The notes beneath the pieces are model-generated. The model was given only the letters and a program-made list of their open reading frames with translations, ran no database searches and was not told the DNA's origin. 64,000 nt of DNA from Podarcis liolepis (lineage: Eukaryota). The stretch is from the NCBI GenBank assembly GCA_965112155.1, contig OZ218110.1. One strand, given 5' to 3'. The translations under genes were made by a program, and so were the position numbers. Shown piece by piece: positions 36,740-49,594 of this stretch (positions are counted from its first letter, which is position 1; the number at the start of each line of letters is the position of its first letter).

Positions 36740-37110
36740 CTTTGCTGGTGCCGCTGCTGCGTGCGCCACTTGCTCCTCACTGCATGGCCGCTTCTGTGAT
36801 GCAAATGTCGTTCTCTCACGTGCTTAGATGTTTACCGTACACCCGGCCCAGCTGGATCCCACCCAGCCCCCAAGGCCCTGCTCCTCCCCTCGCGGTTTCA
36901 CACTGCGGGGTAATTATAGCCTCGTGTCGGTGAGTTTTGAAACTGAGAGGCGCTAAGAATAGCAACAGAAAAACGTCCTGCAAGATGGCGTTTCCTGAAG
37001 CTGCAGTTTCTTGTATCTCACCTCTCACCCTCTCCTTTTTCCATTGTAAAGGTCTGTTCTTTCCAGCCTCCTTTGCTTGGTCAGAGTCATTCCATTCACA
37101 TGAGCTTCCT
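36740..37110. promoter_or_regulatory. Candidate IgH 3' enhancer element
   Basis: Octamer ATGCAAAT 36799-36806, E-boxes CACGTG 36817 and CAGCTG ~36849, YY1 CAAGATGGCG 36981 and muE3-like TCACATGA ~37096. Locally CpG-rich, about 2 kb downstream of IgY TM2. Confidence 0.4.
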
Positions 37111-39034
37111 ATTATGGGCCTGGTCCGCACACATGGGTGTAGTCAAGGGGGGGCAGGGAGGGGACCTGCCCCCCCCCCCAGTCAATGAAAATGCATAGCA
37201 AACTGAGGTTCTGCCCCTCACACAAGGGCTGCCCCCTATGTCTGCACATGTAGTATTATGGGGTGGGAGGATACTGAAAGTGGTTGCATGGACTTCCCTG
37301 GGGTACCCAATATGGTGCCCTCCATATCTTGTGGACTGCAGCTCCTGGTCATAGATCAGGGATGCTGGGAGTTCACAGCATCTAGAGAGCACCACATTAG
37401 CTACTTTTGGACTGCCCATCAGATTATAGGTGGTGGATGCCATTTTTAAACACTTTGCTTTGTCCAACCAACCAACCAACCAACCAACCAACCAACCAAC
37501 CAACCTGTAAGTCAAAAGCTAGCACAACAGGTTGGAGGACCTCGAACCTTTCTTTCCAATTGTGCTAGCAGAGAGCCCCCCCCTTCCATCTCTTGTAAGA
37601 GAACAATGAAAATGTTATCTTCCACCTCATTCCGACCTCATTCTGCTACAGGTGTAGGCCCAGACTTCCTCCTTGGAAGCATCATATTGCGACTTTCGCT
37701 CCAGGTCTCTGATGGGTCTGTTTTATTGGAATAAGGTCACTGGAGGCTTGTGCCAGTTTTGTGATGTATGGCTTATTTACATGCATATACAGGGATTGGA
37801 AGGTTCACATCATTAGCACTTCAGCAGTTCTTGCGTATAGTTTCTGGGATGCTTGTGCACTAAAAACAGTAATGATCACAAAACCTGCATCAACTGGAAA
37901 GGCCCTCAAAGGATATCCAGCCCAGCCCCCTAATGGTGCAGAAATCTATTGCTATACAATCCCAGATAGGTAGCTATTCTCTGCTTAACAACCTCCAATA
38001 AATGAGTATGCAATAGATTAAGGGGTTGGTAGTCACTGGTAGTTTGAAGACCGTATCCTGTATCCTGTGCTAGTCTTACTCAGAGTAGACCAGTTGAAGT
38101 TATTGGCATGCCTATCTTAGTTTAAGTTGGTCTGCTCTGAGTAGGACTTGGCTGACTATAATCCCGTGGCAGTAAGGAAATGGTGTGTAAGAGATGGGTA
38201 AAAGAGCTGGTTTATTTAAGCATATTGCATGCACATAGATAGAAAAGGACATTTATTTCATATGGTTAAAGAGGCCTGGCAAAGATACTGGAAAGTGGAG
38301 TTTCACATCTCTGGGTGAGGTTAGAAGCCAGATAGTGTCAGGCACGTTGGGGCTAGAGACACCAGACATTCATTCGTTTAAAAAAGCAAAAGCTGCCAGG
38401 ATGGTATGCATCTCAAACATGAAGACTAGATTCAAAATAATGAAATATTTAAAAGCACACAATTAGATATATATATATATATACAGACATGCACACTAAA
38501 TCTAAAATAGTATTTTTTTTTAAAAAAAACCCCCACAAAATAAGAGCAGTAAAAGCAACAATAAGAGTAAAACCACCACTGCTTAAAAGCCTGAGAGTAG
38601 AATGTATTATTCACCTGTTAGTATTTATTCACCTGTGCCAGCAGAATATCTCTAGGGAGACCATTCCACAACAGAGGCACCACCATTGAAAAGGCATTTT
38701 TTTGTGTGTGGGGGTGACTGTCCTTTGGTACTTTACTGGGTGGGAGAAGCAGATGTTTCTGGCTCTTGGTGGAAGCCAGTTAAGATATCGGGGCCCATAA
38801 AAGTGTTTCCTCTTGAAGACACTGTCCCAACACATGCCATTCAGGATAATTGACTCCCCCTAAGGCTGTGCTGAAAGGGCCTCATCACTTGCCAGGAGAG
38901 AAGTAGGAGCTGAATGAGATAGGAAATGAGAGAAGGCCCGGGATGTTGACACTGGAGATGAAGCTGCGGCTCCAGGCAGTGGCTTCCTCTTTGCCCCTTT
39001 GAAGATGGGGGATGAGATTCCCAGGAAAATGCTC

Positions 39035-39121
39035 CTAGAATGTCTGTGGGATGACATTCTTGTATTCAGGGCCTACAGGCTGCTTCTTCAGGTCTGCCAC
39101 AGTGGAGAACATCCATTTTAC
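39035..39121 (-). CDS. IGHY: IgY TM2 (cytoplasmic tail) exon
   Basis: VKWMFSTVADLKKQPVGPEYKNVIPQTF* after a pyrimidine tract and CAG; missed by the ORF track. Confidence 0.92.
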   Translation of the reverse strand, partial: VKWMFSTVADLKKQPVGPEYKNVIPQTF

Positions 39122-42100
39122 CTGTTGGGATGGAGGGTGAAGAGTGGGGGAGAGAGGAGAGGGGTGAGTGTTGAACAGGGCTGGGGAACCTTTTTTGGCT
39201 GGTGGACCAGATCCTTACCTGCCCACCCCAGAGGGCATAATTTAACAGGTGGATGGGGGCTCCCACGTGTCAGTCACCTGATTTCTTAGGTACATCAGGT
39301 GATGCTGCATTTTGAAACACTGACTGTTGGGACTTCAAATAAACAGATACAGTACAGGGCTTTTTGAAAGCCCTTTTGCAAACAGGTATCTAAAGAAGTG
39401 AGCCTGCACACAAAAGCTTATACCCAGAACATACTTAGTTGGTCTCTAAGGTACTACTGGACATTTTATTTATTTATTTCGACTGTGTTGGACCAACATG
39501 GCTACCTACTTGAATCTAGTCCCGTGCTGTTCTTTGAACCTTCAAAAATGTCGTATCTTGCCTACATTAGCAAGAGGTTATTTAGAAGCAAAACACTTTC
39601 TGGCTGAAGGAATGTTCAAATGCAGTCAGTGTAAAAAGGACTTTTACCTAAGTTATCTTGAATGTACTGTTGCTACACTTTTGCCATTTTAAGATATTTC
39701 TTTTCTTCCACTTTGAAATGCCACATAAAGAACATTTTCCTCAAACAAATGCAGTGTTTTTGGTTTTCTTAATTACAGCCCTGTGCCTTGAGCTTTTCAG
39801 ACTCCACTTATGATCCAGAGTGGTAGCAGATCCTTGGAAGTTTCCACAAGTTCTGGACCCTATAGAGGTGTGTTAAAGAGGAAGGAGAGCAGATTAGGAG
39901 GTTAAAGAAATAGGCTGCCTACACACCATACATTTAAAGCACATGGCTTCCCCCAAAGAATCATGGGAACTGTGGTTTGCTAAGGCTGCTGGGAGATAAA
40001 TAAATGTGAGGAATAAATGACAGTTCCCAGGATTCTCTGGGGGAAGCCAAGGGCTTTAAATGTCTGGTGTGTGTGCAACCTATATTCTACACCCCTCTCT
40101 CCTCCCCAGCAAGCAGCGAATGAAACATATATTTTAAACACTTATCTCTTGGGTTTTAGTTGTTGCATTCTTCCTCCTTTGGGCTCTCTCACTGCCAAAT
40201 GCAAATGCTGATATGTGTTTTCCCCTTCCTTTCCCCTCACCTTGAAGAGTGTCATTGTGGTGCTGTAACATACACTGATGAGGAAGAGAATGAAGAAAAC
40301 CAAGATGGTGGTCCATAATTTTTCCAGTTCCTCTTCGACCTCGTCGCTGAGATCAACTTCTGTCGGTATTATTATCACTGTGGGGAAGAAAGAGACGCCA
40401 TTCTCAGTGTTCATAAATATAAAATTCCCCAATATGAATAGTCCATCTATCTATTGACCCACAAGTATATCCATCTACTTCTGAATCCCATCATTCTGCA
40501 TAAATATGGAGCCTGCCTTCCCCTAGAATATGATTGTACAGTGGTACCTTGGTTTAAGAACTTAATCCGTTCCGGAAGTCCATTCTTAAACCAAGGTGTG
40601 CTTTCCCATAGCAGCGGGGGACTCAATTTACGAATGGAACACACTCAACAAGAAGCGGAACATGTTCCGCTTCCAAGGCAAAGTTCACAAACCAAAACAC
40701 TATTTCCGGGTTTGCAGTGTTATTAATCCAAGTTGTTCATAAACTAAGCTGTTCTTAAACCAAGGTACCACTGTACTTAACTCTTATGGAGGGTTATGCA
40801 AATGTTTGTTCCCATCTAGTCTTATCTTTAATGTTATACAGGTGTCAGATAATCCTTTTCATCCACACTTCATTCACAGTCATGCTGCATCATTGATATA
40901 GTATTATTATTTTAGTCTGATGGCAACTATGAAGCCTGTGATGCACTGTGAGTATGAATGAAATGCACAAGTGTTGGTTTGTCTCCAAATTCTACATAAC
41001 ACGAACTATGATCATTTAAATTTTGTACTGGTGGTTTGGGGAACACATCTGTTCACCCCATGTGACATTTAGGCCAAGGCATACAAAGTAGGCTCACTCT
41101 CATGAGAGCTCTCCCTCCCTTCGTTTCTTGTCTCACTCTGCCAAAACACTGGTTCACCCATTTCTTCTGGGTTTATTTTTCATGTTTCTAGGGCATCACT
41201 TGTGATGCCCCTTTGGCCGTGTTACTGAGCATCTGAGTATTATGAATCTGCAGAGGCACCGAAAACAGTTGCTAGACATGGCAAAGTGGATCCTATCCTT
41301 GATGGCGATGACGAGGCATTGGGAACGACGGGGTGAAATAATCCTGTGGAAAACTTGTGATATTTGGAGAGAGCGGGGATGTCTTAATTCAGCCTTAGTA
41401 AGCTTATTTTATGAGGGAGCGAGTTGTTTTAGAAAGGCCACGCAGTGAGCTTCATGGTTGAGCAGGGATTTGAATCTGGAGGCCTAGCTACCAAACCCAA
41501 CACCAACAAGTACACTAAACATGGCAGTGGTTAACCTTGGTGTAGAAGTAGCCAAGCATTTGGTGGGGACAGTGTAGAAAAAAGAAGTTTGTGAGTTTCT
41601 GTATGTTAAGTCTGTTGGAAATGCATTCAGTGCATGACTTGAAGGCGTTGGTTCTGCTATTAGTCTTGGTGACAGCAGACTCTGGAGATTCCTGTCATTT
41701 GGGACTTAGCTGTCCATGAGAAAGGCAGCTGAGATTTGACAGCTGGAGGAGAGGTAGAGATGTGTGGTTCTGAAGGATTCCCCCCTTTAGCTGCATAGAT
41801 CTGACCTAAGAGAGACAAATCTCCCTGTTTTATTTCATAAACTGGTTTTGCCCTGTTTACCTCAGTACAGTTTTATCTGTCTCCTTTCTCTCTGGATTCT
41901 CTCTGCTTTATTCCAATCACTTTGCTAACAAAGTCAAGAGGCCACATATAAGGCACAAATATCCTATGACTGGCTTAACATCTGTCATGCAAGAAACACA
42001 TCTCTTACAACTGCGGCTTCTAAAGAGCTGACTCAAATAAGGGCTGGCCACTTTCTTTCCACATGAGGAGGGCGCATAATGAATTTTGTGTGCACATGTT

Positions 42101-45100
42101 CATTTATCCATGCTCTTCTCTGTGGGCATGTGGATACTTTAGGTTGGTTTTGTGCCCCCCATCTCTTTGTTTGCTCTGTTGGCCCTAGATAGTTTTCTCT
42201 TATACGTTCAAATGCAAAAAAATTGCCAAAATCCCTAGGTACCAGTGTCAAGCTGTTAAGTCTCTTACAATGTTTCTAGCCTTGTTAGGTGAACAAGGGC
42301 AGACTCTTGTGCTTGAGGTCTTGTGTCTATTCCTGAGTCATTTTTCAAGGCAGAGTTTACAAGCCCCTTAAGTCATAGGAAAGGTTACTTTCAATTCTTT
42401 CACTCCGCAGTGTGTGAGCACTCCATTAATCTGGCCTGAATGCTTTGTGAATTTGGATTTACTTGCTTCCTACAAGAGGTGCCTCCAGATTGACACTGTC
42501 TTGCTGGGTGCGTCAGGGGATGAAGATACCCCACTTTCCCTGTAAGACCCCTTACACACACATACACCCATTTCCAAATTCTACTTCTTCTAACCTTTAC
42601 CGCCACCAATGTTTCACAAAGAAAACGTTATCCAATTATTTTTTGGCCAACCTCTGATGCCATCATATGCTTTGTATCTGTTTGATGGGGGAAGTGGGAT
42701 GGGGAGGAGAGATTATATCAGAAAACATAATTTTCTGTTGCCCTCCCTCTTTCTGTAAATAGATGCAAAGAAACTGAATATACTGACCAAAGTTTGCCTT
42801 TAATTTTTTTTTTTTAGAATATGAAAGGAAATTGTAAAACATATCTGTTTCTCTGCCATTTTCCCCCTTATTTTTTAGTGTTTCTTTTATATAAAAAAAT
42901 CCTGTGGTGTGCATGTGTGTCTGTGTGTTCCTTTTAAGACCACACCATGTATCTTTATATGTCCTTGCAGTATGACCAACTGAAACACTTTTTGCTCTCT
43001 CAAATGGAAAATGAGAGTGTGCCCTTCTGAGCATGTGCAGAGGGTAGGCAGTGTGGAGCAGTGAGCAGAGTGTTGGGACTCGGTGCGGGGAGATGTGTGT
43101 GAGGCTTGGAGAGTCAAGTCACCACTTGGTAATGAAGATTCACTGGGTGGCCTGGGAGAAACCATGCTTCCTCAAGGCTGTTTTGAGGCTAGCTTGGGAT
43201 TACCTGATATATGAAGGCCTGGGCTCATTGTTGGAAATAGGATACAACTGTGACAGTGATAAACACATTTTCCCTTTGCTGCCAACCTTAAACATTTGGC
43301 ATTTGTTTTCGAGAGATTAATCCCATTTCCCCATTAATCCCCCCACAAGTCACCTTCTCTCCTGGAAGAGCCACAATAATAGATATCTATGACAGTCTTT
43401 GGATGAGTTCTTTTTTTTATTCAGCCATTGGGCACATTTTTGCATGGAGATTTTTTAACACAGGATTGGTCTAACAATCTCGAGAGAGAAAAAAACCCTG
43501 GGGCCATAGGGCGAGGGGATCGCAATGCTGGCTGAGGGTCCTTTTCATTTTTTACCCCGGGATTTCTCAATGGTCTTCTGAATGAACTTGAGGGTCAGAC
43601 CTTCATGGACAACCATGCAGGTATAGGCATCACCTCTGTTCCAGTCTGCTTTGGGGACTTTCAGCTTGCTGAACAAGAAATATAAACCATCGCCATCACT
43701 GTAGACTGGGGTGCTGAGATAGTCAGCTTCAGGCAGAGGGTTCCCATTCTTGAGCCATTTCAGGGAGATATCACTGGGCTTGAACCCTCTCACCAGGGCA
43801 GTGATGGAGACATAACGGCCATTAGACCTGAGCTCATCATCGTGGGGGCGGAAGAGATACACACCTGGAGCTTCTTTGGTTCCTGGTTATGCATAGGGAA
43901 ACAGAAAGAGAAAAAGAAAATGACCTATTCAGTTTAGGTCAAATTAGTGGAAACCATGTGGGGAGCTGGGGAACGGAGGAGATACAAAGGCTTCTGTGCC
44001 AGGTATGGGCAACCTGTAGCCTCCCAGATACTGCTGAACTACAACTCCCATAAGCCCTGGCCATTTGTTGATGGGAGCAGAGGTCCAACTACATCTGGAG
44101 AACCACAAGTTTCCCATCCTTGGCTTAGGGAGACATGGTTTGGGCTACGTGTCTTGAATGGTTCAGAAAACCCCCTGACATGTTGGACTTCTCTGTGGTG
44201 AATGAACAAGACACACCACTAATGTGCCATTTAGAGGACATTCACATCACCCCTTTTCTCAGGCGTATACAGAAATTTCGTAGCACACAAGGACCCCCCA
44301 AACTGCCCTGAGACAGAATCAGGAGGCTGGTTCTCTGACGCTGCCTCTCCACAGCTGTCACTCAAGCATCTGCCTGTGGGGCAGATTAAAGGTGCGAAAT
44401 GAGCCTTGGTTACAATGATGTTCATAACTGCTTTGTACATAATAGCAACAATAGTCCATCTATGTCAGGACATGTTGCACAACTATTATTATTAGTCAGA
44501 TGGAAAGTTATCACACGGAATAGAGACTTCATTTTTATGAGGGTGGAAACCAGTATGCTAGAGGCATCATTTCCTATGTGGTACAACTTTCCTTGGCACA
44601 AGTGTCAAAACATGCTGTACAGGTTTTTAAAAGCACTGCATGTGGGTTGTGATGGTGGGACGGTTGTGGGGACCACAAGCAACTATGCCCCCCTCAAACT
44701 ACATGCAACATGTTGAATTTTTTTTTTGTGTGTTGCCAGATCTCACTGTCCACGTTGGTATATTGTGTTTGTTCTAAATGGTGCTACGTTGATATGCCTT
44801 TTCAGTAATCTCTTTCCTGCTCAGGAGGTTGCTGGGAAATTAGGGACACCATGTGCAGGGTGGAGAGCAGGCCTGCTTCCCGCGTACCTTTCTTCTTGCT
44901 AATCTCTCTTGTTTTCGGTTGAGGCAGGGATGGGTGTTGCACTGTGCAGATAAAAGTCTCCCCTGACAACCAGTCGCTTGCGGAAATGATCACAGAGCTG
45001 GATGCGGTGAAGGTGTTATTAACCTCCTCTCTCCATGCAAGTGGCTCAGGGCTTAGACTTCCTGCTGTCTGCCGTGACCAGGTCACTTCCAGTTCTTCCT

Positions 45101-48087
45101 CTTCGCTTTCTAAGTTGACTACCACGCAGCTGAGTTTGGGTTGCTTATCCATGTAAAGGTCGTTGGGGCTTGGGGGTAGGATGAAAACTTTGAGGGGAGT
45201 TCCTGAGGAGTCTGGGAATACAAAAACCCATGTCAAGTCCCAAGTCTACTCCCACCATTTCCCTCCCAGCCTGCTCACAGAATCTTATCCTGCTCTGCTT
45301 GCTTCTCTTTCAGAGTAGCTCTACAGCTAAGTCAGTCCAGGCTCCCCATTTGGCTCACCTGAGAGTTCCTGTCAGTCCCTTCCCTTCCCTTGAACAACTC
45401 CAGCACCTTCTACCATTGCTGAATAATCCCAGTTCTCTGTTGTTTTTGGAACTTGCACCCCTTTAACTAGTGTGTTTGCCCATTCCCCAGATTCCCCGAT
45501 GGATCACTTCCAACACCAGTGTGCCATGGAGATTTACAGCTGGCGGCACAAGTAATCAAGCTAAACTGCCTTCTGCAGAAGAAGAGAAATGTGTTTCCTC
45601 AACTCCCTGACAAACATTTAATCTAAACTGGAGAAATCTGAGTGTGCGAAAAAGCCCCCTATCAAGATTTTTCAAAGGAAAACTGAGTTGATGACACAGA
45701 GTCCTGCCTCTATGACACAGAGTCCTGCCTCCAGTTGGGGGTTGGACTCGATGGCCCTTGTGGTCTCTTCCAACTCTATGATTCTATGATTCTATGGTTC
45801 AGTCTGTCAAGTTCCAGATAAATGCAGTAAAACCTCAGATATACCAGTAGGGCAAAAGGTTGGAGAAAGCCATCCCAAATAGCAAAGGACCATGATGGAT
45901 GTATTTCTGGGTCATTGGGAAACCCAGCATAAAATGGAAGTAGCCCCTTGCTCTTGGCCTTTCTGTTTTTCAGTCCATGCCCACTTCATCCGAACCTAAC
46001 CAAGTCAGAACTGAGTCAGGAGTTCTTACCTTCACAGATCTTGGCTTTGCTTCTCACAGAAGTTTGGGTTGCTGTGTGGGACACCTGGCAGACGTAGACA
46101 TTCCCATCTTCCCAGTCTGCTTGGCTAATGTTGACTGTGCTGATGGTACTGAAGGTGTACCCATGGGTGTCTTTCCAGGGCTGCTCAGTGAAAGAGGGTT
46201 GCGACATAGGTTTCTCACTCACCAGCCAATTTACCGTCACATTGTTGGGGTAGAAGTTGGAGATAACGCACATCAACTCAATGGTGGCATCTCTGGAGCT
46301 GGCCTTGCAGGAGGAATGGAGCAAGCGGACCTTTGGGGCTACGGGATCTTTCTTTTCACAGGCTGGAAGAATAGGAAGTATAGGGAGTCTCATGAATACC
46401 TGTATTTTAATGATGTACGGTGCACCTAACCACCTGTCTCATTTCCCCAAACTTAAATTCAGTTCTCTGCATGTCTACATTATTTAGTTGAGAATTAGCC
46501 AGGATTTTAGTACAAACTGTGCTTAATATTCATGTCTTGTATGCAGTTTTGCTGAATAAATACACAATCTGGAAACAATTTTCCTGAACATAATACATTT
46601 GTGTGCACTTTTTTTGGTGAATATATGTATTTTTTGTATATTTTTGCACACTTTTTGGGCAGGGGAACTGCATCACAAAATTCAGAGAACCATGAATTTA
46701 GGAGAATGGGCTTCCTGTTTGTGCATTATTCCAGGTAATGTGAATTAGTTTGTATTGAAATGCAAACTGAACTGAATCCCCCCCAATTCCCTAAATGTGA
46801 GTGGCTTCTAATTCACCTGCCATTAGTTCCTTTGGATCCTGTATTCATTTCCCTCTCTCCTTATGCTAGCCTTTCCCAGAGAAGGTAGAACAGCCTCGCT
46901 CTCTGTGAATCAAGCTTATTCCTCTTTCTCCTCTGAATCTCTGCACTAAACCCACTTCTTTTCTTAAACATCAAATTTCACTTTGCTGTGCCCAGTGCCA
47001 AGGAGGACAGTGGAGGGCAGTTCCCTCTTCTGTTTCATTGTCGGTTCTAAGTAGGCTTAAGGACCACTAAGAGGGCTGGTAATGAGATCTCATATGTTAA
47101 TTGCACCGTTCCCTTTGTTGTTGTTTCTTAAAAGACTAATTTAAGAAAGTGTCTCTGTGTGTGTATGTGTGTGTGCAGAGCATCCTGTGTTGCTAATATT
47201 CTCATAAGAAAAATGAAGAGGGTGTTTTTGCTGAATTTTGACACCTATTGCTACAATCTGTCATGGTGCAACCTGACTTTCCCTAAATTTGAATCACTAT
47301 TAACTGGATAATTCTAAATCCTTTCTTCCCACTGCTGTCTTGTCTATCACAGGCACATGTGGGGAACCTTTGGCTCTCCAGATGTTGCTGAAATATAACT
47401 CTCATAAGTAAGAATGGTCAATTGGGAGTCTTAGTTCAGCAAATCTGGAGGGCCAAGGATTCCCTACATCTGATCTCGCTGGGTTGTATCCATTGATAAG
47501 TCATACCCACTGAAATTAATGGGCATGGCCGATTTAGGTTCCTTAATTTCAATGTGTGGGTCTACTCTTGATTAGAATTTGGTTGGATACAACCCACAAT
47601 ATTTGTGAGTGTTCTCTGTAGTGCTCAATGTGCTTCTGAGGGTACAAAAGTCAGATGGTAGGACCAAAAATATTGCAACCATTATCCATCCCTTCACCCA
47701 CACAATCCATATTTCATTTCTTTCTGCTCCACTCAACAAATACTGAAGGAGGAAGAAAGCAGATAACAAAGGCTCAATCAGACTCACGTCCAATCTCTTT
47801 GTTGATTGTGGAGCTGGTATCTGTATGTACAATATGGCATTGAAGCTTCTCTGATTCCCAAGTGCTGGTTGGGATGGTGAGCTGGCTGCTGAGGGTGTAG
47901 TGGCCACTGGATGAATCCAATAGAGCAGGGAAGGTCCGGATGTCAGACGAGGATCCTGAATTCCACTGTACTTTGACAGGTTCGGGAAAGTAGCCAGAGA
48001 CCAGACAGCCCACGGTAACCTGGGAGGCAGTGGCGAGGTCTTGGCAACAGGGGGACAATGGGAAGACAACTGGGGCTGTGGGAGATG
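39035..48087 (-). CDS. IGHY: Immunoglobulin heavy constant upsilon (IgY) gene: CH1-CH2-CH3-CH4(S)-TM1-TM2
   Basis: Four C1-set exons with phase-1 GT-AG junctions, no tailpiece (ends KSRGKK*), a CART-type TM exon and a 28-aa tail with a YxN motif typical of IgY/IgG/IgE. Confidence 0.92.
39383..39515 (+). mobile_element. Penelope-like element remnant with a degenerate hammerhead motif
   Basis: ggtatctaaagaagtgagcctgcacacaaaagcttatacc..acttagttggtctctaaggt; related to 11931-12050. Confidence 0.6.
40241..40377 (-). CDS. IGHY: IgY TM1 exon
   Basis: VIIIPTEVDLSDEVEEELEKLWTTILVFFILFLISVCYSTTMTLFK; 137 nt, AG/GT bounded. Confidence 0.95.
40539..40773. mobile_element. Tigger-like MITE family B
   Basis: TIR CAGTGGTACCTTGGTTTAAGAAC, TA TSD. 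Confidence 0.88.
43416..43421 (-). terminator. Polyadenylation signal of secreted IgY mRNA
   Basis: AATAAA on the minus strand, ~125 nt after the CH4 stop. Confidence 0.7.
43545..43882 (-). CDS. IGHY: IgY CH4 / secretory terminus
   Basis: APGVYLFRP..LVRGFKPSDISLKWLKNG..YFLFSKLKV..YTCMVVHEGL..KSRGKK*. Internal donor G|GTAAAA at 43556/43555 for the membrane form. Confidence 0.95.
44888..45211 (-). CDS. IGHY: IgY CH3 exon
   Basis: VFILPPSPNDLY..PKLSCVVVNL..VTWSR..NNTFT (conserved glycan site)..FICTVQHPSLP; 324 nt. Confidence 0.95.
46030..46362 (-). CDS. IGHY: IgY CH2 exon
   Basis: PCEKKD..HSSC..ELMCVISNFYP..VNW..YVCQVSH..ICE; 333 nt, with extra Cys as in Cupsilon2/Cepsilon2. Confidence 0.95.
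47788..48087 (-). CDS. IGHY: IgY CH1 exon
   Basis: ASPTAPVVFPLSPCC..VTVGCLVSGYFPEPVKVQWNSG..LQCHIVH; 300 nt, acceptor tttgcAG, donor GTGAGT. Confidence 0.95.
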
Positions 48088-48171
48088 CTGCAAATGAAGA
48101 AAAAGATGTGATGACAATCTGTTCCTTGGGCAAGCATTTGTGTCTCCTTGCCAAGAGCGGGAAACAAGATA

Positions 48172-48395
48172 CAGTGGTGCCTCGGGTTATATACACTTCA
48201 GGTTACATACGCTTCAGGTTACAGACTCCGCAACCTAGAAATAGTACCTCAGGTTAAGAACTTTGCTTCAGGATGAGAACAGAAATCGCGTGGCAGCAGT
48301 GCGGCAGCAGTGGCAGGCCTCATTAGCTAAAGAGGTGCTTCAGGTTAAGAACGGACTTCCAGAACGAATCAAGTACGTAACCAGTGGTACCACTA
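48172..48395. mobile_element. Tigger-like MITE family C, 85 bp upstream of CH1
   Basis: CAGTGGTGCCTCGGGTTA..TAACCAGTGGTACCACTA. Confidence 0.82.
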
Positions 48396-49459
48396 TATTG
48401 TTCACTTCCATGACAAGTGAATCTGGTGTTCAGCCCTGGTCAAAAGCTGTGAAGGCTACCTGGAATTATTGCATAATTTGACTTGCGGTTTCTTGTTATC
48501 CTAGGGACAAGGAAACTGCTGAGAAGCGTATTCAGCACCCTTATGCCACCTTCCAAGATTTGTTCCCAGGCACTGCCCAACCACTTTCAAGCTTATTTTC
48601 ACAGTTGTGAGGTTTGGAAACCTTACAGTGCTGAGCTCTATGGAGAAAACACTCAGACCTGATTAACAACCTTTGACAAATTTATCTGTCTCGGAGGACA
48701 AACCTATGCTAGACTAAGATGAGCCATTGGCCTCATCCAACATAACTCTCCCTATGTTCTAAACTAATCCATTAAAAAGCCACTCATATACTCTCACACA
48801 TGTAGAATACATGACCCAACCTTGAACAACCACTAACTCTAAGGCCGCACACACTTCCCAAAGGATCCTGTACACACTTCCCAAAGGAATAATCCTCAGT
48901 GAACACAGTGGGTATTACTTCTGAGGAAACATGCATGGGATTCTACTATAATTTGATTTGACATCCATTTACAGTGCAACCCTACGAAGGCTCACTGTGA
49001 AGTATACCCCACAGAGTTAATTAGTTGACGCCAAGTGATTGTGCATAGCTTTGCGACAAGGTAATATTTCTCCCCTTAAGCTAACATATGAAATTAAATA
49101 TGGGAGACATTTTATTTTGTATTTCATGGGTGCCCAAGTGGGTGGGGTCCTGTCTGTGAGAAAAGGACATGCTTCTGTGGCAATGCGGAAGGATCAGTGG
49201 AACATTAGCGGGGGAACAGGGGGGACTCAGAAGGGTGGGTTACAGGAAAGGGATGTGTTTCTGTGACCACTAGATCAGAAGGTGTCTTTAATTCTGAAGA
49301 AGAACCTTGCATGGCTCAATAGCTTCTAAATTATAAACAGCTAGAGCCATCACACGAACAAAAATATACAATTTTTACTTACAGCCCCTCACCTTTTTAA
49401 AAACTGACCCTGTTCCAATGCCAAATACTAGGAAATTTAGCAGACATGGAATTAAAATT

Positions 49460-49594
49460 NNNNNNNNNNNNNNNNNNNNNNNNNNNNNNNNNNNNNNNNN
49501 NNNNNNNNNNNNNNNNNNNNNNNNNNNNNNNNNNNNNNNNNNNNNNNNNNNNNNNNNNNNNNNNNNNNNNNNNNNNNNNNNNNNNNNNNNNNNN
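49460..49594. other. Assembly gap
   Basis: Run of N. Confidence 1.

Noticed and set aside
45230-46029. IgY(deltaFc)-type termination after CH2 (read-through GKNS*)
   Set aside because: GK is simply the donor sequence; no convincing terminal exon or canonical polyA signal nearby.
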